Shown one piece after another: positions 1-10,076 of a DNA stretch of 64,000 nt (its first letter is position 1; each line of letters starts with the position of its first letter). The position numbers were made by a program, and so were the translations under genes. Source of the DNA: a virus. Under the pieces are notes generated by a model that worked only from the letters and a program-made list of their open reading frames with translations, was not told where the DNA came from and searched no databases. The DNA lies in IMG/VR virus record IMGVR_UViG_3300012954_000007, one strand, 5' to 3'.

Positions 1-56
1 CTAAAAAGGTGGATAGTTTATTAAGTGAATAGATATTTATTGTTAAAGACAATAAT

Positions 57-785
57 ATGTTCGGAAAAACAAAAAATAGAATAGATAGTATTTTAGTTAA
101 TACATTTTCACAAAAATCCAAGTTCAAAAAAGCTTTTCACACACTAATGGAAAGTTTGAAGGATAATCCGACCAACCGAGAATTTTTTGTTTTGTACTCA
201 CAAATTGAAAATAAATCGTTTGTTTCATCTAAAGATGCCGAAGATTATCTTAACGAATCTATCAAGACTTTAAAATCTAAAAAGAATAAAGTAAATCTAA
301 GAAAAGTTAACAATTCAATAAAAAAATATAGTTCTTATATCGGTAAACAATCCAATAAACTTTATGAGAGTATGGACACTCTAATATTTAATGAAAATGT
401 TTTAGATATTGAAAAGCGTATTGAAGCTAAAAAGGTAGTTTTAAACAATTTACAAACTCCAAAAACTAAATCAATATCGGAGAATAAAGTCCCTACTTCT
501 TTATTAATTAATTTATCTACTAAAAACTTTAATAAAAAGTATGGTAATTTAACAGAAAATGACAAAGTTAAATTTAAAACTTTAATGAATAAAGATATAA
601 ATAAACTAGAAAAAGAAATTAATACTTTAGTCGAGGAAGTAAGTGGGAAACTAGATAAGTTAATTAGTGAGTCCAGTGATAGTAAGTTACTAATCAAATT
701 AGAAGAAACTAAGAAAAAAATACAAGAAACTAAAAAAAATAAAGTTTCTTTTTATAAAATAAAAGAATTAAACAAAACACTTTAA
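57..785 (+). CDS. Head-module protein, basic and coiled-coil (possible prohead core component)
   Basis: 242-aa Lys-rich ORF with TATTTAT at 34-40; several L/I-x-E sites (LMES, LNES, ISE); lies upstream of protease, scaffold and capsid. Confidence 0.45.
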   Translation: MFGKTKNRIDSILVNTFSQKSKFKKAFHTLMESLKDNPTNREFFVLYSQIENKSFVSSKDAEDYLNESIKTLKSKKNKVNLRKVNNSIKKYSSYIGKQSNKLYESMDTLIFNENVLDIEKRIEAKKVVLNNLQTPKTKSISENKVPTSLLINLSTKNFNKKYGNLTENDKVKFKTLMNKDINKLEKEINTLVEEVSGKLDKLISESSDSKLLIKLEETKKKIQETKKNKVSFYKIKELNKTL

Positions 786-786
786 A

Positions 787-1080
787 ATGAAATTTATTCA
801 AAATATGTTAAGTAGTGAGGGTAAAATCTCTAGTAAGAGATTTGTAACTTTTACTTGTCTATTATTTATGTTAATAGGTTATACAGCTAATCTTTTTTGG
901 GGCTTTGACGTTAAAGACTCATTATTTGAAGCTTTACAATGGATTGTAATGGCTGGATTAGGTTTTACAGCATCTGAAAATTTTGCTGGTAAAAAAGAAG
1001 AACCTAAAGAAGAAACTTCACCATCACACACAACCATCACTCATGAATATGACTATGGTGATGAAGAAGAGGAAGTCTAA
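787..1080 (+). CDS. Small two-TM membrane protein (holin-like)
   Basis: Two hydrophobic segments after SSKR and an acidic C-terminal tail. Confidence 0.45.
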   Translation: MKFIQNMLSSEGKISSKRFVTFTCLLFMLIGYTANLFWGFDVKDSLFEALQWIVMAGLGFTASENFAGKKEEPKEETSPSHTTITHEYDYGDEEEEV

Positions 1081-1141
1081 AGTTAATTTTGACACTAAAA
1101 TAAAATGCTGTTATATTTAGGTATATAACAGTATTTTTATT

Positions 1142-1573
1142 ATGAAAACAGGAAAACAATTTAAATTAAATTTAAACAAAGACTTTAACACTTACTACGG
1201 TAGTGTAGATTACAAAAAACCTAAATCAGTATACATTAACATATCATCATGGTTTTCACCTTTAAAAGAATGTGAAAACTGGGATAGAGCAGTTAGTAAT
1301 TTAAAAAGGAATATACAATACCATATTTCTTCTACTGATATGAATAATTTATTTTTAGAAAAAAAACAAATAGTAGATTTAGATATTAGGACTAGTGGTA
1401 TTAGAAAAAATAAAAGAAGTTACATGAATTGTGAGATAACTTTATTTTTAAGTAAAGAAGAACCAATCAAATCTACCAATATTAAAACAGCCGTACAAAG
1501 TCTTTTAAGTAATGTCATAACAGACAGTTTAAAAGTTTCACCATACTTTAATTTTTACAAGACAAAAAAGTAA
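1142..1573 (+). CDS. Hypothetical phage protein
   Basis: 143-aa ORF with its own TTTGAC...TATATTTAG promoter-like element at 1088-1120. Confidence 0.6.
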   Translation: MKTGKQFKLNLNKDFNTYYGSVDYKKPKSVYINISSWFSPLKECENWDRAVSNLKRNIQYHISSTDMNNLFLEKKQIVDLDIRTSGIRKNKRSYMNCEITLFLSKEEPIKSTNIKTAVQSLLSNVITDSLKVSPYFNFYKTKK

Positions 1574-1618
1574 CCCCGAGTTTTATTACTCATTAACTAT
1601 TTATAGTTAAAAGTAATA

Positions 1619-2335
1619 ATGGAAATATTAAGACCGGGTAAAGTAGGGACAGGAATTTTAATAGAATATGACGCAGGTCATATATCCCCTAAAAATAATA
1701 ACAATAAAAAAGTTATTAAAGAAATGACTGATAGGTCCATCCAAGAAGGTCCCATCATTTTTCATGCCATCCTCCAAAAAAGTGGAGTAGAAAATAGAAA
1801 CGGCAGAGTATATCCAGATAACATTTTAAAAAGAGAAGTAGATAACTACCAAAAACTAATTGAGAAGGGTAGTGCCCTTTCCGAGCTAAATCATCCAGAA
1901 TCTTCACTAGTAGATTTAGAAAGAAGTTCTCATAGAGTTTTAGAAACTTGGTGGGACGGAAATATATTAATGGGTAAATTAGAAATTTTAACTTCTCCCG
2001 CATACCACCAAACAGGTGTAATTTCTTGTGTGGGAGATATAGCAGCAAATTTATTAAGACATGATGTCACTCTAGGTATATCATCTAGAGGAGTTGGTTC
2101 TCTAGAAAGGGAGAATGGTAAAAATATGGTACAAGATGATTTTGAATTAATTTGTTTTGATTTAGTTTCATCACCATCTACACCAGGAGCATATTTGTTT
2201 AAAAATGCTGAAGATAAAGAACTATATGACGAATCTTTAAACCATGATACGTCGAATGAAGAAGTAACTAGTCAAGCACTAAGTGGTTCATTAAAACTAA
2301 TGGATAAGTTAGATAACTTTTTATCTGGTTACTAA
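1619..2335 (+). CDS. Prohead protease (T4 gp21-like)
   Basis: Motifs NRNGRVY, ELNHP, GISSRGVGS, FDLVSSPSTPGA; position upstream of scaffold and capsid. Confidence 0.93.
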   Translation: MEILRPGKVGTGILIEYDAGHISPKNNNNKKVIKEMTDRSIQEGPIIFHAILQKSGVENRNGRVYPDNILKREVDNYQKLIEKGSALSELNHPESSLVDLERSSHRVLETWWDGNILMGKLEILTSPAYHQTGVISCVGDIAANLLRHDVTLGISSRGVGSLERENGKNMVQDDFELICFDLVSSPSTPGAYLFKNAEDKELYDESLNHDTSNEEVTSQALSGSLKLMDKLDNFLSGY

Positions 2336-2439
2336 AAAAAATATTTTATGGGTTATTTATCTGTGGATTAAAGGTTTTTCCACTATTGATAATATTTATA
2401 AAACAAATAAAACTTTAAAAAGCGCGTAATAAAAAAGAT

Positions 2440-4107
2440 ATGGCAGATAAAAAATCAGTCTTAGAGGAAGCCCTACTAGAGGCACAACAGCTTGAAGAAG
2501 CTGTTAAATCTAATGCAAAAGAAATACTTGCAGCAACTATGAAGCAAGAAATTGAAGAGTTAGTTAAAGAATCATTAAACGAACAAGAAGAAGATGACTT
2601 TGTCGATATGGAAGACGAAGAAGAAGTTTCTACAGATTTTGTTGATGAGGATGATGACGAAGAATATGAAGACCAAGAAGAAGAGGAGTTTGTAGCTCCT
2701 GAAGGAGAAGAAGAAGCAATGGTATCCATGACAATGGGTGCGGATGAACCAGCACTCGACCTAACATCAGCATCTGACGATGAAGTATTAAAAGTTTTCA
2801 AATCTATGGGAGCTGAAGATGGAATCGTTGTTACACAGGATGGTGATACAATTGATATTGAGGACCAGGAAGCTGGTACTGAATATAAAATTGAGTTAGC
2901 AGAGAGCAAACTTAGAAATAATCTTTTAATTACAGAGGATTATGATAAAAACGATTCAATGGACGAAAGTTACGTTGATGATGAAGAAATGAACGAAATG
3001 TATAAAGATAAAGAGTCTAACGAAGGTTACGGTAAAAAGCACATGGACGAAAACGGTGAAAAAGAAATGTATGAAATGGGAATGGACGAACCAACTTACG
3101 AAATTACCTTAGCGGGTGTTGATGAAGAAGGTCTAGATGAAATGGAAGACATGGATGATGAAATGATGGAAATGGAAGACATGGATGATGAAATGATGGA
3201 AATGGAAGACATGGACGTTGAAGAACTTAATGAGCTTGAAGACGAACTAGAAGAAGGACACGACTGGGGTGGAAACAAACATGACTACCACAGAGAAATG
3301 GGTACAGACGGACATAGACATAGAACTGGTGATGTTGGTGGTGGAAAATACGGAAAAGGTGGACACTACAAAGATTACGAAATGGGTGAAATGGACCATA
3401 TGGAAGATGAAACTAACGAAGGAGCTAACTGGGGTGGAAACAAAGGTGACTATCACAGAGAAATGGGTGCTGATGGGCACAGACATAGAACAGGCGACAT
3501 CGGTGGTGGAAAATATGGTAAAGGAGGTCATTATAAAGACTACGAAATGGGTGAAATGAATTCTGACGAAGAAATGGAAGAAGCTTCAAGAACCTATGGT
3601 TTTGGTTCTAAATCCGGTAGAGGTCTTAGAAAAGGTATTACTAATAACAGAAACCTAGAATTCCCTATAAATGAATCTACTAAAAGTTCAATGAGTAAAA
3701 TCATCAAAACAGCGAAACAACTACAGACAGAAAATCGTCAATTCAGAGAGAAAAACAAGGAATATAGACAAGCTCTTAAAGTATTCAGAGATAAATTAAA
3801 TGAAGTAGCAGTATTTAACGCGAACTTGGCGTACTCTACTAAGTTATTCACTGAACACACAACAACTAAAAAAGAGAAGGTTAATATCCTTAGACGTTTT
3901 GATGGCGTCACAACTTTGAATGAAAGTAAAAACTTGTTTAATTCATTTGATAGAGAATTAAATTCTAAATCTAATAAACTAAATGAGTCGGTTCAAAAAA
4001 CCATTACAAAAACACCTTCTGGTGGTTCTTCAGTCAATTTGATTGAGAGCAAAACTTACGAAAGTCCTCAAATCACTAGGATGAGAGAGATTATGGGTAA
4101 GTTATAA
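2440..4107 (+). CDS. Prohead scaffold/core protein (gp22-like), highly acidic
   Basis: E/D-rich with a C-terminal coiled coil and many L/I/M-x-E sites; lies between protease and capsid genes. Confidence 0.8.
   Translation: MADKKSVLEEALLEAQQLEEAVKSNAKEILAATMKQEIEELVKESLNEQEEDDFVDMEDEEEVSTDFVDEDDDEEYEDQEEEEFVAPEGEEEAMVSMTMGADEPALDLTSASDDEVLKVFKSMGAEDGIVVTQDGDTIDIEDQEAGTEYKIELAESKLRNNLLITEDYDKNDSMDESYVDDEEMNEMYKDKESNEGYGKKHMDENGEKEMYEMGMDEPTYEITLAGVDEEGLDEMEDMDDEMMEMEDMDDEMMEMEDMDVEELNELEDELEEGHDWGGNKHDYHREMGTDGHRHRTGDVGGGKYGKGGHYKDYEMGEMDHMEDETNEGANWGGNKGDYHREMGADGHRHRTGDIGGGKYGKGGHYKDYEMGEMNSDEEMEEASRTYGFGSKSGRGLRKGITNNRNLEFPINESTKSSMSKIIKTAKQLQTENRQFREKNKEYRQALKVFRDKLNEVAVFNANLAYSTKLFTEHTTTKKEKVNILRRFDGVTTLNESKNLFNSFDRELNSKSNKLNESVQKTITKTPSGGSSVNLIESKTYESPQITRMREIMGKL
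3137..3215 (+). repeat. 30-nt tandem repeat (~2.6 copies) encoding EMEDMDDEMM
   Basis: gaaatggaagacatggatgatgaaatgatg at 3139 and 3169, partial copy at 3199. Confidence 0.95.
3253..3558 (+). repeat. Two diverged copies of a 47-aa Gly/His-rich module
   Basis: EG..WGGNK.DYHREMG.DGHRHRTGD.GGGKYGKGGHYKDYEMGEM at 3253-3393 and 3418-3558. Confidence 0.95.
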
Positions 4108-4144
4108 TAATTAAATAAACGCTAACTAAAAACATAAATTAAAA

Positions 4145-5977
4145 ATGGGAGCATTATTAGAATCTGGTATGGTCGGTAACATAGGGTTAAAACACCTTAA
4201 AGTTATTCGCGAAGATACTATTGGAAAATGGAACAAGCTTGGGTTCCTTAACGGATTAAATGGGCACACAAAAGAAAACATCGCTCAATTATACGAAAAT
4301 CAAGCTACACACTTAATAAACGAGGCTACGTCATCTGACGCTTCAGGTTCGTTCGAAACAGTTGTTTTCCCAATCATTAGGAGAGTATTCTCTAAATTAT
4401 TGGCAAACGATATCGTTTCTGTACAAGCTATGAACTTACCAATTGGTAAATTGTTCTACTTTGTACCTAAAATTTCAGAAAGAAGAACTGGTACTGTTGG
4501 AGACCCTTCATTTACAGGTGAAGGACACTACAACCCAATCGGTGGAGCGTTTTCTAACGATAACACTCAGTTTGACCCAGTAAACCTTTATGACGCATTC
4601 TACGAAGGTGACGGAAGAGAAGGTTTATTTGACCGTTCAAAAGGAGCTTATTCAGCTGTAACAGAACCAACTACGGTTCAAGTATGGAATTCAGCTACTG
4701 GAGATGGTCGTTCATTAGTAGACGCGAGTGTTAACACTCTTGGTGCTCTTGCAGTATCAGGTGGAACTGAAGCTTGTGTTAACGGTGGTTTAAGGTCAGC
4801 AATCGTTGTATTGTCAAATTTCCTTAACGATGGAGCTGGTAAATTAATCGGTCCTTCAGGTAACCAAATGGATACTGAAGAGTTCTTAGCATCTCTTGAG
4901 TTATCACCATCTACATCTTTAGAATGTTGTGCTGATACAGGTAAAACTGCTTATACAACAGCTACAAAATTACCATTTAGAGTTGTTACTCAAAAATACG
5001 GAAAACAAATCGTAAGTTACGGTAAGTCTAGTGGTACATTGTTCCCAGGTGGTTCTTACAATGATATTTGTGACGCTGATGGTAAAATTTATCTTGAGGT
5101 AGACCTTTCATGTCCAGCATGTATCGACTGTAATTCAGTTGATGGATATATGGGTGTTGATGTAAGAGATAGTTCTCCTACAACAATTTCTGCTTCATAC
5201 AGAATTTACCAAGACTTGGAATTTGAAACTGAACTTGCTGAAGTTTCTTTTGACCTTGAAGCTGTTACAGTTTCGGTTACTGAAAGAAAATTAAGAGCTC
5301 AGTGGTCTCCAGAATTGGCACAAGACGTTAGTGCATTCCATAACATCGATGCTGAAGCTGAATTAACAGCTTTATTATCTGAAGAGGTTGCAGCTGAAAT
5401 TGATAGAGAAATCTTGAAAGACCTTAGAAAAGGTGCAGCATGGCAACTAAGATGGGATTACAACGGATGGAAGAGATTCTCAGCTGGTCAAGCACCATAC
5501 ACTCAAAAAGATTGGAATCAAACATTGATTACTGCGATTAACCAAATCTCAGCTCAGATTCACAAGTCTACATTGAGAGGTGGAGCTAACTGGATTGTAT
5601 GTTCTTCTGAAGTTTCTGCAATCTTTGATGATTTAGAATACTTCCACGTTTCTAACGCGTCTCCAGAGCAAGACCAATATAACATGGGTATCGAGAAAGT
5701 AGGTACACTTTCTGGACGTTACACAGTATACAGAGACCCTTACTTCCCAGCAAACAAATGTTTGTTAGGTCACAAAGGAACATCTCTACTTGATACTGGT
5801 TATGTATACGCACCATACGTACCATTACAACTTACACCAACAATGTATAACCCATTCAACTTCGCACCAATCAAAGGTATTATGACCAGATACGCGAAGA
5901 AGATGGTTAACAACAGATTCTATGGTCTTATCACTATAGACGGAGTAAGAACTTTCGATATCAGAGAGTTAAGATAA
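4145..5977 (+). CDS. Major capsid protein (T4 gp23-like)
   Basis: Motifs IIRRVFSKLLANDIVSVQAM, ERKLRAQWSPELAQD, AEIDREI, YAPYVPLQ, KGIMTRYA; highly expressed codon bias. Confidence 0.97.
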   Translation: MGALLESGMVGNIGLKHLKVIREDTIGKWNKLGFLNGLNGHTKENIAQLYENQATHLINEATSSDASGSFETVVFPIIRRVFSKLLANDIVSVQAMNLPIGKLFYFVPKISERRTGTVGDPSFTGEGHYNPIGGAFSNDNTQFDPVNLYDAFYEGDGREGLFDRSKGAYSAVTEPTTVQVWNSATGDGRSLVDASVNTLGALAVSGGTEACVNGGLRSAIVVLSNFLNDGAGKLIGPSGNQMDTEEFLASLELSPSTSLECCADTGKTAYTTATKLPFRVVTQKYGKQIVSYGKSSGTLFPGGSYNDICDADGKIYLEVDLSCPACIDCNSVDGYMGVDVRDSSPTTISASYRIYQDLEFETELAEVSFDLEAVTVSVTERKLRAQWSPELAQDVSAFHNIDAEAELTALLSEEVAAEIDREILKDLRKGAAWQLRWDYNGWKRFSAGQAPYTQKDWNQTLITAINQISAQIHKSTLRGGANWIVCSSEVSAIFDDLEYFHVSNASPEQDQYNMGIEKVGTLSGRYTVYRDPYFPANKCLLGHKGTSLLDTGYVYAPYVPLQLTPTMYNPFNFAPIKGIMTRYAKKMVNNRFYGLITIDGVRTFDIRELR

Positions 5978-6002
5978 TAAGTATTTTATACTTTATCATA
6001 AT

Positions 6003-6032
6003 AAAAAACCCCTCATTAGAGGGGTTTTTTTT
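6003..6032. terminator. Bidirectional intrinsic terminator
   Basis: AAAAAA-CCCCTC-atta-GAGGGG-TTTTTTTT between convergent genes. Confidence 0.92.
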
Positions 6033-6551
6033 TTAATCTATAACAAAGGAGTCCTCGTATTCAGTAAAGACCGTTAGAGTACAGAATATCCAGTCATACT
6101 CGTTTTTAGACCACTTATAGTTTCTACCTTTTAAACAACTTATAGCTCCTACTTCCGCATCATCAGGATTTAACAATAATTTATTATGGGCTGGAGACTT
6201 TTTCCATAAATAAAGTATTCTTTCCGCTATTTCTTCATTAGTACGAGATGTACTCTCAACAACAGCTACATTTTCACCAGAATAAACCCACTTAATGTCA
6301 TAATAATTTAACCTAGACGTTGGTCGGGGTGTTACGGTATTTTCTGTATGACTCATCTCCCCCACTTTAACTTGATATTTAGAGTGGTGTTCTGCTGGGT
6401 CAAAAGCTTTGTCTGACCATTTCCATTCTTTTAGACCATTTTGTCTCCTATATTCATTACATTTATTAAATAACAAATAATCTAAATACGTTTGAGAAAA
6501 CGTGGTTAAACTTATTATTAATAAAAGTGTGGTTAAGAGTATTTTTTTCAT
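6033..6551 (-). CDS. CAP/SCP-domain secreted protein
   Basis: Signal-peptide-like N-terminus; motifs NEYRRQNGL, HSKY...MSH, GENVA, WKKSPAHNKLLL. Confidence 0.85.
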   Translation of the reverse strand: MKKILLTTLLLIISLTTFSQTYLDYLLFNKCNEYRRQNGLKEWKWSDKAFDPAEHHSKYQVKVGEMSHTENTVTPRPTSRLNYYDIKWVYSGENVAVVESTSRTNEEIAERILYLWKKSPAHNKLLLNPDDAEVGAISCLKGRNYKWSKNEYDWIFCTLTVFTEYEDSFVID

Positions 6552-6583
6552 AGGTAATATTTTTTTTTTTAATGATTATAGTA

Positions 6584-6614
6584 CAAATATACTAAAAAAA
6601 TATTAAACTACAAA
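6584..6614 (-). promoter_or_regulatory. Bacteroidota-type primary sigma promoter
   Basis: Minus strand reads TTTG (6611-6614), 19-nt spacer, TATATTTG (6584-6591), upstream of the CAP gene. Confidence 0.8.
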
Positions 6615-6628
6615 ATTAAATTAAAAAA

Positions 6629-8194
6629 TTATTGTCTATAATCTGCAGGAGGATTACCAAAGTAGTTAGCTTGATTTACTACTTGGAATTTTAAAGTTTG
6701 GTAGTAGGTGTTTACTTCTAAATCTGAAATAGCCTGAATATCTAAATAATATTCGTTAGGTATCATATCACCAGTATCTATTAAAAAATAGTTTTGATTA
6801 TTTGCCCTATTTACTTTAGTCCATGGATGTGTTTCTACTTCAGTGGTTCCTTGTTTGACATAAAGTCGGTATTGAATATTCGATATCGGTTGAGGCACTT
6901 CTGTACTATATTCTTTTCTAGCTGAAACAATAACTTTTCTGATATCACCATTAACTATTTTTTCATCTCTTTTTATTCCTGATACGGAATAACCATAATG
7001 TTTAGGTAAACCCACATGTGTACCTATTTCAAAATACTGGGAATTAGCTTTTAATGTAAATTTGTTATTAACGTCAGTTTGACAATTTCCATCTATAGAC
7101 AATCCTGACCACCTATCAATAAAAATACAAGGTGTAGAATATGTGTCACATGGTATAGAAAAACAAACACAGTAAACACCAGTAGTTACTTGAGAAGCTT
7201 GTAAAGTATATAATAATGTTCCCGAACTATTGTATATTGTAACAGTAGGTAGAGAATCTAGGTTAGTTGGTACCCCTCCAGCATTAACATAAAGATAGAG
7301 ACAATTAGTTTTACCTTCATAGAAAAAGTTTCTAGCGTCATTTATGTAGTCATCGTAATTAGTTTCTAAAAATGGTTCAAAAAATGTTTGTGTATACTTG
7401 GTAAAAAATCCTGTGGAGTAACTCTCAGTTAAACCAGTTAGGTATTCTAATTCTTTAACAAAACCAATAGCATACCCAATACTGTGAGTATTAGCAGTTA
7501 ATATTTCATTAACTACTGTAGTCATATCCATCTCTATATTCTCATTACCATTATCAAAAGTTTGTCTAGCTATTATGTGTGGAGTAACACAACCAGCAGC
7601 TGTCCAGTCATAAGCACCATTACAATTCCATTTATTTAAAGTACTTTCATAGTACCAATTACTAGGTCTTTCAGAAAAAGATTTATCCTCCAAACCCTCA
7701 AATTCAGAAGAGGCATCTACATAATCATAACCCACACCTTCAGACCATGTACTAGCTGTTGTTGCTCCTGTTAACTGTACTAGAACTAATTCAAAAGAAG
7801 TAGCTCTTCTATTACCTTTAGATGTAGTTGTATTTAATAATTCCTCATCAAAAGTTGAGGTATTGACCATCCGTAATGTGTGGGTAGCAGCAGAGTTTAA
7901 ACAACCGCCAACTAAATTAATTGTACCGTTTTGATATTTTTCAATTAAGTCGGACAAATCTAAATCAAATAAAAATCTACTAAAGGAGTTATTTACTCTG
8001 GTTCTAGTAAAACCTGTAATAGTTTGTCCTTGTTCATTTAAACAAGTGTCTCCTGTAAAATTAGTAGCGATACACGTATATCTAGAATTTTTACCACCAT
8101 AATAAATTTCAGTTACTGGATTTTTTGCAGTGTTAGTGTGACTATTAGACAATAGTGTATTGTTTTTATTAAAGTATGATTTATGTGTACTCAT
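6629..8194 (-). CDS. Virion structural protein (Cys/Thr-rich, beta-rich C-terminus)
   Basis: 521 aa; TATTTAT upstream (8209-8215, minus); [ST]Gx[ST] motifs. Confidence 0.55.
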   Translation of the reverse strand: MSTHKSYFNKNNTLLSNSHTNTAKNPVTEIYYGGKNSRYTCIATNFTGDTCLNEQGQTITGFTRTRVNNSFSRFLFDLDLSDLIEKYQNGTINLVGGCLNSAATHTLRMVNTSTFDEELLNTTTSKGNRRATSFELVLVQLTGATTASTWSEGVGYDYVDASSEFEGLEDKSFSERPSNWYYESTLNKWNCNGAYDWTAAGCVTPHIIARQTFDNGNENIEMDMTTVVNEILTANTHSIGYAIGFVKELEYLTGLTESYSTGFFTKYTQTFFEPFLETNYDDYINDARNFFYEGKTNCLYLYVNAGGVPTNLDSLPTVTIYNSSGTLLYTLQASQVTTGVYCVCFSIPCDTYSTPCIFIDRWSGLSIDGNCQTDVNNKFTLKANSQYFEIGTHVGLPKHYGYSVSGIKRDEKIVNGDIRKVIVSARKEYSTEVPQPISNIQYRLYVKQGTTEVETHPWTKVNRANNQNYFLIDTGDMIPNEYYLDIQAISDLEVNTYYQTLKFQVVNQANYFGNPPADYRQ

Positions 8195-8216
8195 AATAGG
8201 CTTTAATAATAAATAT

Positions 8217-9884
8217 CTAATTGATTCTTATATTCTTATTTAAATAATTACCTTGTTTGATTAAATCATCTATTTCAGATAATAGTTGTACACCATCCGC
8301 TATTGGAGGTGTATTTGCTTCTCCATGGACATGAGTTTTTAAAAATTCAACTATTTTAGTAAGTAAGATAGTAAGTTGGTCCCCCCTAACAGTGGGTTCA
8401 GTCTCTTGGTCATTAACTTTTATTAGTGATTCCTGTGAAAGACCTAGGTTATCACCAACCTCGTTATTATTTTCGTTTTCCGTAATTGGATTTGTTGTAG
8501 ACTTATTTAATATTGAACTATCGTATGAGTACAATACAATTTTATTAGACAATGCACTTATAACCCCTTGTCTTGTAGAAGTATCAAAATCTCTATTTAT
8601 TTCTACCGTTTGTAATTTTTCTAAAGTAGGTTCAGGTTGTTCCTTACTCAACACAAAACCGTAGTATTTTTTATTATTGACTCCACTTATACCTACATTT
8701 TTAATTATATTATTTGCTATATCTATTTGTGGTCCTAATGAATTATCTTGGCTAGTTATAATCTCAGTAAATCCTTTTGTTGGTCTAAAATAAAAAGGAA
8801 ATAAGTTTAAATTTTGGTCTTGTCCCGAAGCGGGTGATGAAAAATCATCTATATAATCTCCCCTTTTTTCAAAAGCACCACTCGTAATACCACTTAATGT
8901 ACCTTCATTAAATGGTGGGTCAGTGAGTGTTTTATCATTAAAAGTACCCACCTCTTCTAAAAATTCATTTATAAGATATGTCGCTCCACTTATTGCTTGA
9001 TTTGTAAAATTAAGTTCAGCTCTTATTTTTAAATCTGACTGGGACTGAAAATTCGTAGTAAGTCCTGGACTATCTAAATTAGTAGGTAAACTAAATGGAG
9101 ATTTAACTTTAAGTTCGTATAGTTTTATATTTCCATTTAAACTATCTGGGGTATCGAGACCAAAAACATCATATTCTACTAAATATTTTATTTCAGCTTC
9201 TACAGGTTTTTCAAAAATTTTCTGTTCTTCATTTAAAGACAATTTAGTGGGAAAATTATTTAATTGTATTGTAGTTGGTTTTGGGTTAAATATTGGAAAA
9301 GCTGGTTGAGAGGCGTTGGGTATAAATTTACCAGCTCTCATTGTTATCTCTCCATCTTCTCCCTCAGTACCACTAAAAACAATATCTGCATTACTTCTTC
9401 CGTCTATACTTACTTTAGTAGGTTCCGCAAAGGTATTGTCAGATATATCAGAGTCACTTATATTTTCTGTTGCGGATACTCTAGTACCTTTAGAGGTGTG
9501 GAGTCTACCTGTAGTGTATTTTTCATAAGGATATTTTTCTGGACTAGATATAGTAGGTCCTAAGTATTCTTTATTTTGTGTATCGTTGTCACTATCAAAA
9601 AATATTATTTTTACGTTTTCATCTTCTTGAGGTACTACATTTATAAAAACTGGAAGAAATGGGGAAAAAAGGTGTGGGTCATCTTTTGACCATTTAAGTT
9701 GTTCTACAGTAGAATACATACTATATTTTTCCTGTGTCAATAAATCTTTAAGTGTAATTTCATCGTAGTCTTTAGGGGTTTGTGTACCCTTGTAATCTTC
9801 ATCTAATACGGCTCTAATCCTACCTGACTTCGCAGGGTCAATAGAATCAACACATACACCAAAAAAAATAATTTTATTAGCCAT
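8217..9884 (-). CDS. Baseplate central spike/hub protein (gp5/gpV-like)
   Basis: N-terminal OB-fold-type motif GVCVDSIDPAKSGRIRA; C-terminal THVH metal-binding apex motif. Confidence 0.7.
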   Translation of the reverse strand: MANKIIFFGVCVDSIDPAKSGRIRAVLDEDYKGTQTPKDYDEITLKDLLTQEKYSMYSTVEQLKWSKDDPHLFSPFLPVFINVVPQEDENVKIIFFDSDNDTQNKEYLGPTISSPEKYPYEKYTTGRLHTSKGTRVSATENISDSDISDNTFAEPTKVSIDGRSNADIVFSGTEGEDGEITMRAGKFIPNASQPAFPIFNPKPTTIQLNNFPTKLSLNEEQKIFEKPVEAEIKYLVEYDVFGLDTPDSLNGNIKLYELKVKSPFSLPTNLDSPGLTTNFQSQSDLKIRAELNFTNQAISGATYLINEFLEEVGTFNDKTLTDPPFNEGTLSGITSGAFEKRGDYIDDFSSPASGQDQNLNLFPFYFRPTKGFTEIITSQDNSLGPQIDIANNIIKNVGISGVNNKKYYGFVLSKEQPEPTLEKLQTVEINRDFDTSTRQGVISALSNKIVLYSYDSSILNKSTTNPITENENNNEVGDNLGLSQESLIKVNDQETEPTVRGDQLTILLTKIVEFLKTHVHGEANTPPIADGVQLLSEIDDLIKQGNYLNKNIRIN

Positions 9885-10074
9885 TACCTTTTAATCTGTT
9901 TTCATATTCACTATAAAGTTTTTTATAATCTTTTTCTATAGCGTCCATTTGATGAGTTATTTCTACAACTCTACTTTTATCATTTTCAAAACGTTCCTTT
10001 AAAAAATTTAAAGCGTCAAATAAATCATTATTAGATGCTTTTTTAGGTCCTTCTATAATTTTTTTTAAATCCAT
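9877..10074 (-). CDS. Small coiled-coil hypothetical protein
   Basis: 65-aa ORF tightly packed in the operon. Confidence 0.6.
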   Translation of the reverse strand: MDLKKIIEGPKKASNNDLFDALNFLKERFENDKSRVVEITHQMDAIEKDYKKLYSEYENRLKGNG

Positions 10075-10076
10075 AA

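Noticed and set aside
1-32. C-terminus of an upstream gene (KKVDSLLSE-stop), possibly the portal
   Set aside because: Too short to support any call
3137-3558. CRISPR array or DGR template/variable repeat
   Set aside because: The repeats are in-frame coding units with no unique spacers; differences are mostly synonymous and not adenine-specific; no cas or reverse transcriptase gene is present
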